Part shown: positions 23,384 to 36,341 of the stretch, one piece after another
Position numbering within the stretch: the stretch's first letter is position 1
Layout: each line of letters starts with the position of its first letter
DNA from: Malacoraja senta
Lineage: Eukaryota
Reading direction: 5' to 3'
NCBI GenBank assembly: GCA_038087875.1
Contig: JAXLNO010000462.1
Span: 186,001-250,000 of the forward strand
DNA length: 64,000 nt
Notes under the pieces: generated by a model
What the model was told of the DNA's origin: nothing
What the model saw: only the letters and a program-made list of their open reading frames with translations
The model's database searches: none
Made by a program: the position numbers and the translations under genes

Positions 23384-26300
23384 TGTAAAGATGCTCTAAC
23401 GACACATCGTTACTTTACTATCTTTATTCATACTGGAGCATTACATAATGCTCTAGCTGTACGTGGTCTGTCACAGGAACTAGAGAGCAATCTGTGGGTG
23501 GGGAGGTTGTAGTTATACTTGTGATATGGGGAGTGGTTAGTAGGTATGAGGTCACTATATTAAAGGCACATGCATATATCATCTACATCCTTCCCCTTGG
23601 AAACGACAGGCAAATACAATAGTGACAGGGCGACCACGGCTCATGCGCTAGGACAGTTAAACAAAATCGCCATAGCGGACAGGCGGTTTGACAACACGTC
23701 CCGACCGGGTTCGCATCTCGCCATCCTCCCTTCCGGCAGGAAGAAGAGGCACCGATGGGGACAGACGAACCGGAAAGGGGGAAACGGGAGGAGACGGAGA
23801 AGACCGTGGCACCAGAACCGGAGGTGATGCGGGATCAGGAGCGGGCAGAGCCCGGGCAGGCGAGTGAGGACTAGCCGGAGTAGGGTGGGATGGAAGGAGT
23901 TGAGGTGTTGTAGACCGTTGCATGTTAGGAATGACGGGCAGAGCATCGCCCGGACGCGGAAACTGCAGTGGGGGAGCAAAGGGATCCGCGGCAGGCGGCC
24001 GCGGCTCGTTGACGAGCCGTAGGTGCTGGCGGGACTGTCGGTAAATAGTTCCCGCATGGTCGACGAGATACGACCTGGGCGACCCCGCTGAGCCGACGAC
24101 AGTAGCGAGCTTGGAGTGACCGGAAGGGGTCTGCATGCGGACAACTTGACCGGGGAAGAGGCGCAGCAGTGGGTGGCAGGACCTGTCATGGGAACGCTTC
24201 TGGACATAGTGCCTGAAGGCAATGCGTTTCTGAACAGCAGCAGGCATGAGGACAGACGGTATGAGGGAGCGCTGGGCCACAGGGATCGGGAGTCTGGTAG
24301 CGCGAAACATGAGCCGCTGAGCAGGGGAACCCATGGCAGAGTCGAGGGAGATGTTGCGGAGGTTGACGAGGGCCAGATAGAAATCGGAGTTGGATAGGCG
24401 ACATTGTTCCAGCAAGTTCTTTGCACTGCGGACGGCGCGCTCGGCCAGACCGTTGCTTTGCGGGTACTCCGGGCTGCTGGTGAAATGGCGGAAGTTCCAT
24501 CTGGAAGCGAAAGCTTTAAACTCGGAGCTCGTGAACTGGCTGCCATTGTCCGACTGCAGGCTTGCCGGGGGGCCAAAAGTGCAAAAATGATGGCCTAACT
24601 TATCGACAACGGCCGAAGAGGTTAGGGAGTGCAGCTGGTTGACCTCGAACCAGCTGGAGTAGGAGTCAACGACAACCAGGAAGTGTTTGCCCCGCCACTC
24701 GAAAATGTCGACGGCAACCGCCATCCAGGGCAGTTCGGGGGCAGGCTGCTGCAGAAGCGGCTGACGCTGCTGGTGGGGGGCGAGACTGTTGCAGGTGGAA
24801 CACGAGGAGACCCTCTCCCGGATGTATTGGGCCATACCAGGCCAATAGAACTGGCTCTGGGCGTGAGACACGGTGGCTTCGGCCCCAGGATGTCCGCGGT
24901 GAGCGACCTGAAAATAGTGGTCGTGCAGCGCAGCAGGCACGACAACCTTGTGACCCTTCACCACCACGCCGTCATGTAGTACGAGCTCGTCACGGACCAG
25001 GAAGTAGGGCACGGCGCCAGCCGGCAAAGCGGAACGACGGTCGGGCCAGCTCCGCTGGATGACGGCAGAAAGCTGTTTCAGGGCAGGGTCATTGGCAGTG
25101 TGTTCAACCAGGGACTTCATCTGCTGTGAAGGGACGATGTTCAGTTGGAGCACCATCAGATCAGACATCTCATAGGGGTGGCGAACGGTGGACGTCAGCG
25201 GGGCGCAAGACAACGTGTCGGCCACGAACATGTCCTTGCCCTTACGATAAACCACGTTGAAAGTGAAGCGCTGGAGCTGCAGCATCATGCGCTGCAGGCG
25301 GGATGAGTCAACATGGATCGATTTGTTGAGAATGGTGACAAGCGGCTGGTGGTCAGTTTCAATGGTGAAAGTGTTGCCCAGGACGTAGTCCTTGAATTTG
25401 GAGCAGGCAAACACCACGGCCAGTAGCTCCTTCTCGATCTGCGCGTAGTGCTGTTTGGTGGCGGTCATGGTGCGGGATGCGAAGGAGACAGGCAGCTGTA
25501 GGCCGTCATGGACCTGGAGACAGGCGGCACCGAGTCCGAACTGAGAGGCGTCGCAGGTGAGGACAATGGGACGCTGCAGGTCAAAAAACTTGAGTGTGGG
25601 GGTACTGATTAGCTTGGATTTAAGGATGTCGAAGGCTTTCTGGTGGTGGGGGAATCAAACCCAGGACGTGTCCTTTTTTATCAATTCCCTCAGGGGAGCG
25701 CTGAGGTCGGGGATGAACTTTCCCAGGTAGTTCACCATGCCCAGGAAGCGTTGTAGGCCTGCCACATCAGTAGGAGAAGGCATCCCGGAAATGGAAGCCG
25801 TTTTTTGCGGGTCGGGTTTCAGCCCCTTGGCGGTGAATACATGTCCAACATAGGTGACCTCCGGGACGCGAAATCGGCACTTCTTGGGGTTCAGTTTCAA
25901 GTTGATTTTCCGGGCCCGGTCTAGGACCTGGCGGAGGTTGAAGTCGTGTTCAGCGACATCCTTACCGTAAACGAGGATGTCGTCAACGATGATGGCGCAC
26001 TGTAGATCGGTAAACAGCTGCTCCATAGTCCGTTGGAATACCTCGCTGGCAGAGTTGATTCCGAATGGCATTCGGAGAAACCGAAATCTGCCGAAGGGGG
26101 TGGCGAAAGTTGTCAAGATGGAGGACTGCTCGTCAAGTGGTATCTGCCAGAAGGAGCTTTTGGCATCGAGGACAGGAAAGACCGTTGCCGGACCAACCTG
26201 TGCAGCGACTTCCTCTACCGTTCTCATAGGGTAGTGTGGGCGTTTAATGGCCAGGTTGAGGTCTTTGGGGTTGATGCAAATGCGTATCTCGCTTTTGTCC

Positions 26301-28099
26301 TTTTTCGCGGCAACAACCATGATGGAGACCCACCTGGTGGGCTCGATGACCGCCTTTAGGATGCCCATTTTTACCATGCTGTGTAGCGTCGACTCCACTC
26401 TGGCCTTCATGGCAAAGGAGACACGGTGAGGTGCATTGACCACTGGTTCGATCTTGCGGTCTACTGCAATCTTGTAGTTGCAGGGCAGTTTTCCCAGCTC
26501 ATCATCAAAGCGGTCGGGGTATTCAGCCAACGGGTCCATGAGGGCCTGCACCTGGTGAATGTCACGGTGGAAGGATACCAGGCCCATTTCCTGGCATGCT
26601 TGGATACCCAACAGGGTAATGCATTTTCGATCGAGGAGATAGAAAGTGAGGGGCCGAGAGGACTCCAGTATCTTGCAGCTTAGAGTAGCCTTTCCCACAG
26701 GAGTAAGCACCCCTCCCCCGTAGGCATGCAAAGTTGAGCCGTCAGAAAAAACCTGCTCATTAGTTCTTATCTTGTTGAAGAGGGTTGTTGACATAACGTT
26801 CGCAACCGCCCCGGTATCAATCTTAGCAGTGAAGGTCGAGTTGTTCACAGTTACTCGAACTGAAGGGTCTGTTATCATAGCAGGTGCATCCAACACAGTA
26901 AACAGGCTGGTCTCACCCTGATAGGAGTCGGATTCAGATACAGACTGTCCGTCGAAATAGCACGGGGAGCTGAGCTCACTATCAGCTTGTACCAAGTTGT
27001 TTAAAATGCAGCGAAAGGCTTCCCATGGGAACGACAGGCCGCAGCGAAGTGGTTCAATTTCTTGCAGACATTACACGTTTTACCCAAGGCAGGGCATACA
27101 TTGTATTGATGAGTGGTGAAGTTACAATTAGGGCACCTTTGCCGGGCACGTCTCCCGGGAGCAGTTCCAAACCCCGGGGCACGTCTCCCTTGAGCAGTGA
27201 GCGACCCCGGGGGTCGCGACCGGGGCGTGTTCATCAGACGGCTGGAAGTGCTGGCAAGGTTAATATCATGGTCAGCCGGTGACACCGCCGAGGTGACAGC
27301 GAGTGGCGTGCATTGCATCGTTCAAAGTCAGATCGGGCCTCCGCAAAAGTTCGGCCCTGAGCTTATCGTCGCGGAGACCGTAAACCAGAAGTTCCCTAAT
27401 AATCTCCTCGGGGGTCAGCGTGTTGAGGCGGCACCGCCTGGCCAGGTGCCGCAGCGCAGCAACATAGTTCTCTGCAGATTCCCCAGGGAGCTGACGCCGC
27501 GCGAACAGTTTAAAACGTTCTAAGATGCAGTTTGTTGGAATGTCACAAATAGCAGTAAACTTAGCCAACAGACATACCGGGTCCCGAGCAGATTCTCCCG
27601 CAGCGTAGACGAAGAAGTCTGACCGAGCCAGGGCCTCGGGACCAGCCAAGTTGAGAAGCAGAGAGGCTGTGAGCTCTGGGGTGGCGGCAGGATGAGCGAT
27701 CGTGACATAGTGGTCAAAGTCACGTCTGAAGACATCCCATCGATGGGCAATGTCAGAATCGTAAACGAGCACATCGGGCTTACGGGCAAAAGTGGCCATG
27801 ACGAGGAAATGAGAAGGTTGGGGAAACAAAAAACTGGGACAAAATTAAATGATAAACCGATAGACAGGAGGCGCAAGGTAAGAGGTCTGACACCATGTAA
27901 AGATGCTATAACGACTCATCGTTACTTTACTATCTTTATTCATACTGGAGCATTACATATTGCACTTGCTGTACGTGGTCTGTCACAGGAACTAGAGAGC
28001 GATCTGTGGGTGGGGAGGTTGTAGTTATACTTGTGATATGGGGAGTGGTTAGTAGTGATGAGGTCACTATATTAAAGGCACATGCATATATCATCTACA
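23384..28099 (-). mobile_element. Gypsy LTR retrotransposon (Mag-like), full structure, defective
   Basis: 204-bp TG..CA LTRs 23384-23587 and 27896-28099; PBS tggtgtcaga; PPT ccaaggggaagga; order gag-PR-RT-RH-IN. Confidence 0.95.
23657..27799 (-). pseudogene. Gypsy gag-pol with stops and frameshifts
   Basis: Two CCHC knuckles, KIDTGA, IIVDDIL, YAQIEKELLA, ETDHQPL, HHCC, SDNGSQF, SNGLAER, TRSGR. Confidence 0.92.
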
Positions 28100-28542
28100 A
28101 AGTCCTGGTTTGACTTGGCAGCAACAATAATTCTTGGCAATATCCTCAGAAATCTCATCTTCACATTTTCAAAGGGTCTCCAAACATTGGAGACAGATTG
28201 GATCGGTCTTTGGGGAATTTTACACATCCTTACTCCAATCCACAGGAGACTTATTTTTCCAAGTCACTGGGTTCACAGTAAGAATGCCCCTTCAACCCAA
28301 TATTCTACATTATGCCTGCATCTGTTCCAGCTCCTTGTTCCACATTGTGCTTCAATCATTAACAATTATCACTGATCAACATTTTATTGCAGATAGACAC
28401 AGAGTGCTTGTGTAACTCAGCGGGCCAGGCAACATCGCTGGAGGAAGAGGAGTGATATTGTGGGTAAGAACCCTTTTGTTCCATAACAAAATCTCTTGTT
28501 TTTCCAGAGATGCTGCCTGACCCACTGAGTTACTCAGGCAGG

Positions 28543-29077
28543 TGGGACTAGTGTAGATGGGGCATGTTGGTCGGTGTGGGCAAGATGGGCAGAAGGGACT
28601 GTTTCTGTGGCTCTACGACTAGTGTAAATGGGGCATGTTGGTCGGTGTGGGCAAGTTGGGCTGAAGGACCTGTTTCCGTGACTCTGGCACTAGTGTAGAT
28701 GGGGCATGTTGTTTGGTGTGGGCAAGTTGGGCTGAAGGAAGGGCCTGTTTCCGTGACTCTGGGACTAATGTAGATGGGGCCTGTTGGTTGGTGTGGGCAA
28801 TTTGGGCTGATGGGACTATTTCTGTGACTCTGTGACTCTAGGACTAGCGTACATGCGGCATGTTGGCCGGTGTGGGCAATTTGGGCTGAAGGCCTGTTTC
28901 CATGCTGGGTGACTAATGCAGATGGGACATGTTGGTCGTTGGTCGTTGTGGGCAAGTTTGGCTGAAGGGCATGTTTCCGTGACTCTGGTACTAGTGTAGA
29001 TGGGGCATGTTGTTGGGTGTTGGGAAGTTTGTATAGGGCCTGTTTCCATAACTGTGGGACTAGTGTAGATGGGGCAT
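28543..29077 (+). repeat. Tandem array of about 70-bp CR1 3'-tail units
   Basis: About 7-8 copies of actagtgtagatggggcatgttggtcggtgtgggcaagttgggctgaagggcctgtttcc. Confidence 0.85.
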
Positions 29078-29082
29078 GTGTG

Positions 29083-29249
29083 CAAGGAAAATGGACATGG
29101 GAGAGCCAGTGGATGTAGTGTACCTGGACTTTCAGAAAGCATTTGATAAGGTCCCACATAAGAGATTAGTGGGCAAAATTAGGGCACTTTGTATTGGGTG
29201 TAGAGCGATGACATGGAGAGAAAATTGTTTGTCAGACAGGAAACAAAGA

Positions 29250-29282
<33 letters not shown>

Positions 29283-30390
29283 GATTTTATTTATATAGCG
29301 CTTTTCAGGACTCAAAGTCAAAGAGTAGGGATTAAAGGGTCCCTTTCAGAATGGCAGGCAGTGACTAGTGGGGTACCGCAAGGCTCGATACTGGGACCGC
29401 AGCTATTTACAATATACATCAATGATTTGGATGAAGGGATTCAAAGTAACATCAGCAAATTTGCAGATGACACAAAGCTGGGTGGCAGTGTGAACTGTGA
29501 GGAGGATGCTATGAGAATACAGGGTGACTTGGACAGGTTGGGTGAGTGGGCAGGTGCATGGCAGATGAAGTTTAATGTGGATAAATGTGAGGTTATCCAC
29601 TTTGGTATCAGAAACAGGAAGGCAGATTACTAACTAAATGATGTCAAGTTGGGAAAGGGGGAAGTACAACAGGATCTGGGGGGTCCTTGTTCATCAGTCA
29701 ATAAAAGTAAGCATGCAGGTACAGCAGGCAGTGAAGACAGCAAATGGCATGTTGGCCTTTATAACAAGAGGAGTCGAGTATAAGAGCAAAGAGGTCCTTC
29801 TCCAGTTGTACAGGGCGCTAGTGGGACCACACCTGGGGTATTGTGTGCAGTTTTGGTCCCCTAATTTGAGGAAGGACATTTTTGCTATTGAGGGTGTGCA
29901 GCGTAGGTTTACAAGGTTAATTCCTGGGATGGCGGGACTGTCATATGCTGAGAGAATGGAGCAGCTGGGCTTGTACACTCTGGAGTTTAGAAAGATGAGA
30001 GGGGATCTTATTGAAACATATAAGATTGTTAAGGGTTTGGACACGCTAGAGGCAGGAAACATGTTTCCGATGTTGGGGGAGTCCAGAACTAGGGACCACA
30101 GTTTAAGAATAAGGAGTAAGCCATTTAGAATGGAGACGAGGAAACACTTTTTCTCACAGAGAGTGGTGAGTCTGTGGAATTCTCTGCCTCAGAGGGCGGT
30201 GGAGGCCGGTTCTCTGGATACTTTCAAGAGAGAGCTAGATAGGGCTCTTAAAGATAGCAGAGTCAGGGGGTATGGGGAGAAGGCAGGAACAGGATACTGA
30301 TTTGGGATGATCAGCCATGATCACATTGAATGGCGGTGCTGGCTCGAAGGGCCGAATCCTGCACCTGATTGTCTATTGTCTCTTGTCTAA
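29083..30390 (+). mobile_element. CR1 3' half
   Basis: RT motifs in ORFs 29076-29633 and 29638-30300; tail tgtctattgtctcttgtcta. Confidence 0.93.
29253..29318 (-). mobile_element. Ultra-short L2 3' tail insertion
   Basis: Reverse complement of about 4767-4820; 9-bp TSD caaagagta (29244-29252 and 29319-29327). Confidence 0.85.
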
Positions 30391-31982
30391 TAATGCGAAG
30401 GATGCGCCATTGGAAATATGTGACGTGGTGCCACCTGTTCAAGTCCCACTTGTGGCATCGGCTGCGCAAACTACAACACACATGAAATCATTGTGATTAT
30501 CTCATCTAAGAAATTAATTTTAAGGTCAGATATTGCGGCCAAACGATCACAGAATGACAGAGAAATGAAATAACATATTGACCTTATCGCAGTAATCCAT
30601 GGCATGATTCAGAAGGACTCTCGTGAAAGACATCATGTCTTCTGAAGGTTTACTGTTAACTATTGAGGCAACAAAATCTGTCATTTTGAGGACACTCCTC
30701 CTGCGGCGTGCTGGCGTTGCGTTCACGTGCTAACATTTTTAAGGTCTCCTTTACCTGTTCAATGAGCTAAAACATAAATAACCATGTAAACAGCACAATG
30801 GTGGATGGATGCATTGGTGAATGAGAAGTTAAATGTGCAGATTTTTTAAACTATGGACTTACAACCCTGAACTGTTCTTTCTGTCCGCCTGTGTCTTCAT
30901 TGTCACCAGGTGAGGAGTCTCCACTCTGGCTGGCATGTGAAATCCTCCTCCTGGAGTGCTGGTGACTGGTGGAGGGGTTCATCGCTGATGTCCCCTTAAG
31001 TGGATCTTCCACCTCTGCACGTGGCGCACTGGGTAGTTGATCCAACTGTCGAAACTGGAAGAAATAAAATTAACTTTACAATGTGTCAACAACATCAACA
31101 TTATGAGAATTACCTTCTTGCCGTTCTTTCTGCTCTTCACTCACACAATGTGCGATGTCATGAAACCCCACTATTTAGACTGTGGGCCGAGGAGCTTTTT
31201 CGTTCAGGTTTGTGATCCAACTCACGGAACCACCTGAATTTTTAAAATATTGTGTAAAAATATTATATAAATCATACCTGAAACTCGTGAAGAACAAAAC
31301 CTGCACATTTTGTTTAAATATGACAAAAACTTCCAATTTTCCGAGTAGTAATTGTCCAATCAATGCACATTTGACATTGAGGTCGGACGCAAATTGACCA
31401 ATCCTGCGCTTTGTTTTATGGTCTCTAGGCAGCTAGGACTCTGGGATTATGGCTGCCTCCTCATTACATCAAAAAAATAACAAGGTTTCCAAGGATAAAG
31501 GTAATGCTAACCTTGTTGATCATTTTGTTTTTCAATTGATTTATCTTCATAAAGTTATGATGTGAACTAATACATTAAAATGATAAATAACAAATGTACA
31601 GCTAGGGTTAGGGTTAGGGTCAGGGTCAGTGGGTCGGGCTTGTCGGTAGGCCGATGGATGCTGTGGAGGATGGTGCCCAACGATGGATGGTGAGAGTGGT
31701 CGGACAGCCGGTGAATGCTGGCATGTGACATTCTTGGTCAGTACCATGGCCCCCGAAACAAAACTTGAAAATGTATTAAAACACGTCCGCCAATGCTCAG
31801 TCAATGGGATGGCTGAAATTGCTTCGCAGCCATCAGGCAATCAAAACGAGGACGAATGCTCGACAGGCAGCAACTCATGTCAGCATCGATCACAAGCCTA
31901 TTGTTTCCAGAGTTACCATGGTTGAGAATCCAGCCACACGGCGATAGGTTGATGGGGAATGAACCAATAGGGTCAGGGCCCT

Positions 31983-32130
31983 AGAAACATAAACATAGAA
32001 AATAGGTGCAGCAGGAGGCCATTCGGCCCTTCGAGCCAGCATTGCCATTCATTGTGATCATGGCTGATCGTCCCCAATCAATAACCCGTGCCTGCCTTCT
32101 CCCCATATCCCTTGATTCCACTAGCCCCTA
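31983..32130 (-). mobile_element. CR1 3' tail inserted in the hAT
   Basis: aggccattcggcccttcgagcc motif, agaaacat tail, cccta on both sides. Confidence 0.8.
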
Positions 32131-32986
32131 TTCGAAACAACAGGACAGTTCTTCACTTTCAGCCTAAACGTGGCGAGCTCTTGTTCCATGAAGTCACTCT
32201 TGAGCTGCGCATCTTCACAAATTCGGTAAAATTCAACCTTCGCAGTCACATCAGTATCGCTGATGGCACCGTCTTCAATGGAAAAGGGTCAGAGCATCCA
32301 CTCATCACGAGAGCGGTCGTCCAGTCCGGGGAAGTAATGTTCGATGGCTTACTAATTGCAGAAGGTGGGTTGAGATCTCGTGGAAGTGGCATTCAGCATC
32401 TGGCATAGCATCCAGGAGAGTCGACATCTCAGGGAAGATAGTCGTGTCACCGTCCTGGACTCTTCTCTGATAAAGATGAATCTTCCTCCTGAACGCTGCC
32501 ACTTTGTCATGAGCTGTGTGTAGCATTGGGAGGTTTCCTTGAAGTGACAGGTTCAAGGAATTCACCTCGGCGAACAAGTCAGCCTTCATCACGAACAGTT
32601 CATCCTGCATATTTTCATGAATCTGATTCTCCTTCTCAGTCCACCCTATCTCCAAGAACAGCACTATTTATCTCGAAGTTGAATCACACGATTGAGAACT
32701 TGACCACGTGAAAGTCAGCGCATCTCTGTGTGGAATATCAGTTCTGATATTCCACACAGAGCGTGAAATCGGCGCCCATTTCTTCACACATACTTTGAAG
32801 ATTCTCGAGTTTGTTGCGCTCCCTCGGATGTGGTTCACAATGTTCACCACATCTGAAAGCACTTCTCGAAGACCAGGAGGGAGAGTCTTCATCGCTAAAG
32901 CATGGCGATGTATCATGCAGTGGGTGAAGGAGACATGGGGAGCGACATACTTCACGAAGGCTTTGAAGCCGGATCTGCAACCGACC

Positions 32987-33268
32987 ACAGGTCAGGGTGA
33001 GAGGGGTCAGAGATGATCTTACCCGCTCGCTTCCTGACCCTTGCATTGTACAGTTCATCAATAGAGGGAAGGTTGCAGCCAAAAACCTTCTCAGCTGATC
33101 AGACGATTCGCTGCAGCCTCCAGGTGTCGTGCTTGGTGGTTGAGCCAAACCAGACCATGATGGAAAAGGTGAGGCCTTGTAGAATTGGACCATGATTGCC
33201 TGTGGCAGATTGTGCTTCCTCAGCTGCCGCATGAAGTACATCCTCTGTTGAGCCTTTTTGACTGTGGA
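32987..33268 (-). mobile_element. Rex1/Babar internal fragment replacing part of the hAT core
   Basis: KKAQQRMYFMRQLRK, MVWFGS, RLQRIV, IISDPSHP. Confidence 0.8.
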
Positions 33269-34322
33269 TGCGGGAACACTGGAGTGCGACTTCTTTTCGT
33301 TTGAAATAGTCTCCGCCAGGTTGGTGTGACAAGACTCCAAATGGATCTTCAATTTGCTGGGCTTCATGCTCCCGTGGCTTAAAACCTTGGCACAGATAAC
33401 ACATGGCGGCTTGACCACGGATTTTTGAACAATGCTTGTGAAACAGAACTTGAGAAATGCTTCACTATACGTGCGCATCTTGGAAGACATGGTTCACAAC
33501 ACACACAGTTCGTGTGTGTATATGCAGGGCCTCAGAGGAATTTTATCAGTGGGTACAAAGTTGCTTTCGGGCCCCCTTCCCTTCTCCATTAGTCATCCAT
33601 AGAAATCCACTACAGTTTTATGCCATGAGCTGTAAGGCAAAAAGGGGTATGGAAGATGAGAGAGGGGTGGAATGGAGCGCCCTGTTGATTTTCTGCATTT
33701 AAAGCCTTATGCTCCAATACTCCCTCCATGATATATATCAATAAATATAAATAATATAAAAGGATCAGAAAGAAGAAACCACATTTGTTTTAAACATCTT
33801 TGTTTATGCTACAATACAGATAAGGAGAAAGAATTCACATTGAAACAACCTTTTCTATTTCAATGCAGAACTGATCATCAGAAGACATCATTATTAGTAT
33901 AAAGTAAAAGAAGGTAGATAGGCTTAGTATTTACTTTAAATAAAGAGCTTTCCTGGCATTTTTTTGTAAAAAAATTCAAATCACAGCATGAAAATGTATT
34001 GTTGTAGCAATGTTTGATTCAATACTTAGCCTGGCCAAATCCACAAGACGTTCCTGAGACATTGTAGACCTTAAATAATTCTTAATCAGCTTGAGTTTGC
34101 AAATGCCCTGCATCTACACACACCAACTGTGTGTGTTGTGAACCATCTCTTCCAAGACCGCGCACGTATAGTGACCTCTCTGCAGAAGCTACTGTTGCTG
34201 GAATTGGTAAATAGTATTCTTAAGCTAACACAAACATTTGGGAACAGGTCACCAAGTATGTTAACAAGCTCAACAGATCTAATGGTTTTAACTGTGCATT
34301 TACAAAATTCATCCTCCCACTA

Positions 34323-34455
34323 ACACACACACTCAGACACACACTCACTCACCCACTCACATACACCCACACACACACCCACTTACACACACACACACCC
34401 ACACCCACACACATGCCCTCACACTCCCACTCCCACTCCCGCCCGCCCCACACCC
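34323..34455. repeat. Imperfect (CA)n
   Basis: Direct inspection. Confidence 0.9.
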
Positions 34456-34494
34456 AGGTCCGGACAACTAAAACAGCGGCGGATGCCCCCTCCC

Positions 34495-35827
34495 ACTAAT
34501 GTTATCCCATTTTTTTAAGAAAGGCGGGAGAGAGAAAACGGGGAATTATAGACCAGTTAGCCTGACATCGGTGGTGGGGAAGATTCTGGAGTCAATTATA
34601 AAAGATGAAATAGCCTACCCAAAGCAGAATGGATTATCTTTGGAATAACGGAAGATGGTCCAGAACTAAATGTGTTCCAAAAGAAACTAATAGACTATGG
34701 GTTAATTACTGGAAAAAAGCTAATCCTAAAATTTTGGAAAAAGGCTCCAATACCAACTATAAACATGTGGATTTCAAATATGTTCGAAACATTACACCTA
34801 GAAGAGATAAGACTCCTCCTGCCAGGTAAACCAGATCACTTCCACCTGACGTGGTCTGCATTTATAGAATAATTACAAATATAGGGTGCAAAAGTACCTT
34901 AAAAAAAACTGAGGTCAGGTAAGGGGGGGTGAAAGTTGGAGAGTTGGTATGTCCCATTTGCGTGATGCTTACAAAAACTATTTGTTTTTCTCTTTTCCCT
35001 CTTTCTCTTTCTTCTTTTCTAGGGTCTATTTCTTAACTCTTTTTCTTTTGTTTTTAATTTCGTTCTTGTAGGGTCTTCGTTCTTTCTTGTTGTCATGTTT
35101 TCTACACTTTCACCTTTTCCTTCACTTTCTTCTTTCTCTCAATCTCATCCTTTCCCTTTATTAGTGTAAAAAACAAACTGAGTACATTAATTGTAAGAAG
35201 ATATATGTGACGAGTACTAATGTATGTGGTTGTAATGTAATGTACTTCTAATAAATCAATAAATAAATAAAAAAGATGAAATAGCCGCATATTTGGATAG
35301 CAGTAACAGGATCGGTCCAAGTCCGCATGGATTTACAAAGGGGAAATCATGCTTGACTAATCTTCTGGAATTTATTGAAGATGTAACTCGGAAAATGGAC
35401 AAGGGAGAGCCAGTGGATGTAGTGTACCTGGACTTTCAGAAAGCATTTGATAAGGTTCCACATAGTGGGCAAAATTAGGGCACATGGTATTGGGGTAGAG
35501 TGCTGACATGGATAGAGAAGTGGTTGGCAGACAGGAAACAAAGAGTAGGGATTAACGGGTCCCCTTCAGAATGGCAGGCAGTGACTAGTGAGGGCAAGGC
35601 TCAGTGCTGGGACCGCAGCTATTTACAACATACATCAATGATTTGGATGATGGGATTAAAAGTAACATTAGCAAATTTGCAAATGACACAAAGCTGAGTG
35701 CAGTGTGAACTGTGAGGAGGATGCTATGAGAATGCAGGGTGACTTGGACAGGTTGGGGGAGTGGGCAGATGGATGGCAGATGAAGTTTAATGCGGATAAA
35801 TGTGAGGTTATCCACTTTGGTAGCAAA
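34495..35827 (+). mobile_element. CR1 RT fragment split by an L1
   Basis: NYRPVSLTS before the insert, HGFTKGKSC after it. Confidence 0.9.
34616..35270 (+). mobile_element. L1-clade LINE 3' end
   Basis: KKLILKFWK..P....W...LEE...W..F C-terminus; aataaa and A-rich tail; 16-bp TSD aaaagatgaaatagcc (34600-34615 and 35271-35286). Confidence 0.85.
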
Positions 35828-36341
35828 TTCTGTTAATTTTCTTTATTTAATGTTTTATTATTATTTTTTTTTTAAATGGCTCATGTTTGAGTTGATGTTT
35901 GTATAACATTTGCACTCTGTAATTCAATTAATCCCACTGTTCACAACTCGGTATTTGGTAAAATAATACCAATATGAAAGCAAAGATAGGAGAGCGGAGA
36001 CGAAAGTTGGTTACGGAAATGGGGCCGGAGATGACCCATGAATCTGCCGATGACCCTACAACGTCTTTTTCGTCGAGTGGGCTATCTTGCTCGCTATAGG
36101 ATCTTTGCTGTGGATACAGGCCCTTCGGCCCAACTGGCCCACACCTACCAACATGTCGCAGATACACTAGTCCCACCTGCCTGCGTTTGGTCCATATCCC
36201 TCCAAACCTTTACTATCCATGTACCTGTCTAACTGTTTCTTAAACGTTGGGATAGTCCCAACCTCAACTACCTACTCTGGCAGCTTGTTCCATACACCCA
36301 CCACCCCTTGTGTGAAAAAGTTACCTCTCAGATTCCTATTA

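Larger units (their letters stand above)
31801..33490 (-). pseudogene. hAT transposase, Buster/Charlie type, disrupted
   Basis: BED finger CVICAKVLSHGSMKPSKLKIHLESCH; HCMIHRHAL; LNLSLQG; C-terminal STY..AGFST...IRPRF...QPSH*. Confidence 0.88.

Noticed and set aside
23641..24979. Overlapping and antisense ORFs in the Gypsy integrase region, also 53540-54903
   Set aside because: Expected shadow frames of GC-rich coding sequence; no motifs
31604..31630. Interstitial telomere
   Set aside because: Only two or three GGGTTA units
35981..36107. MITE with caaagat..atctttg ends, similar at 7093-7139
   Set aside because: Ends are short and imperfect and no TSD is evident
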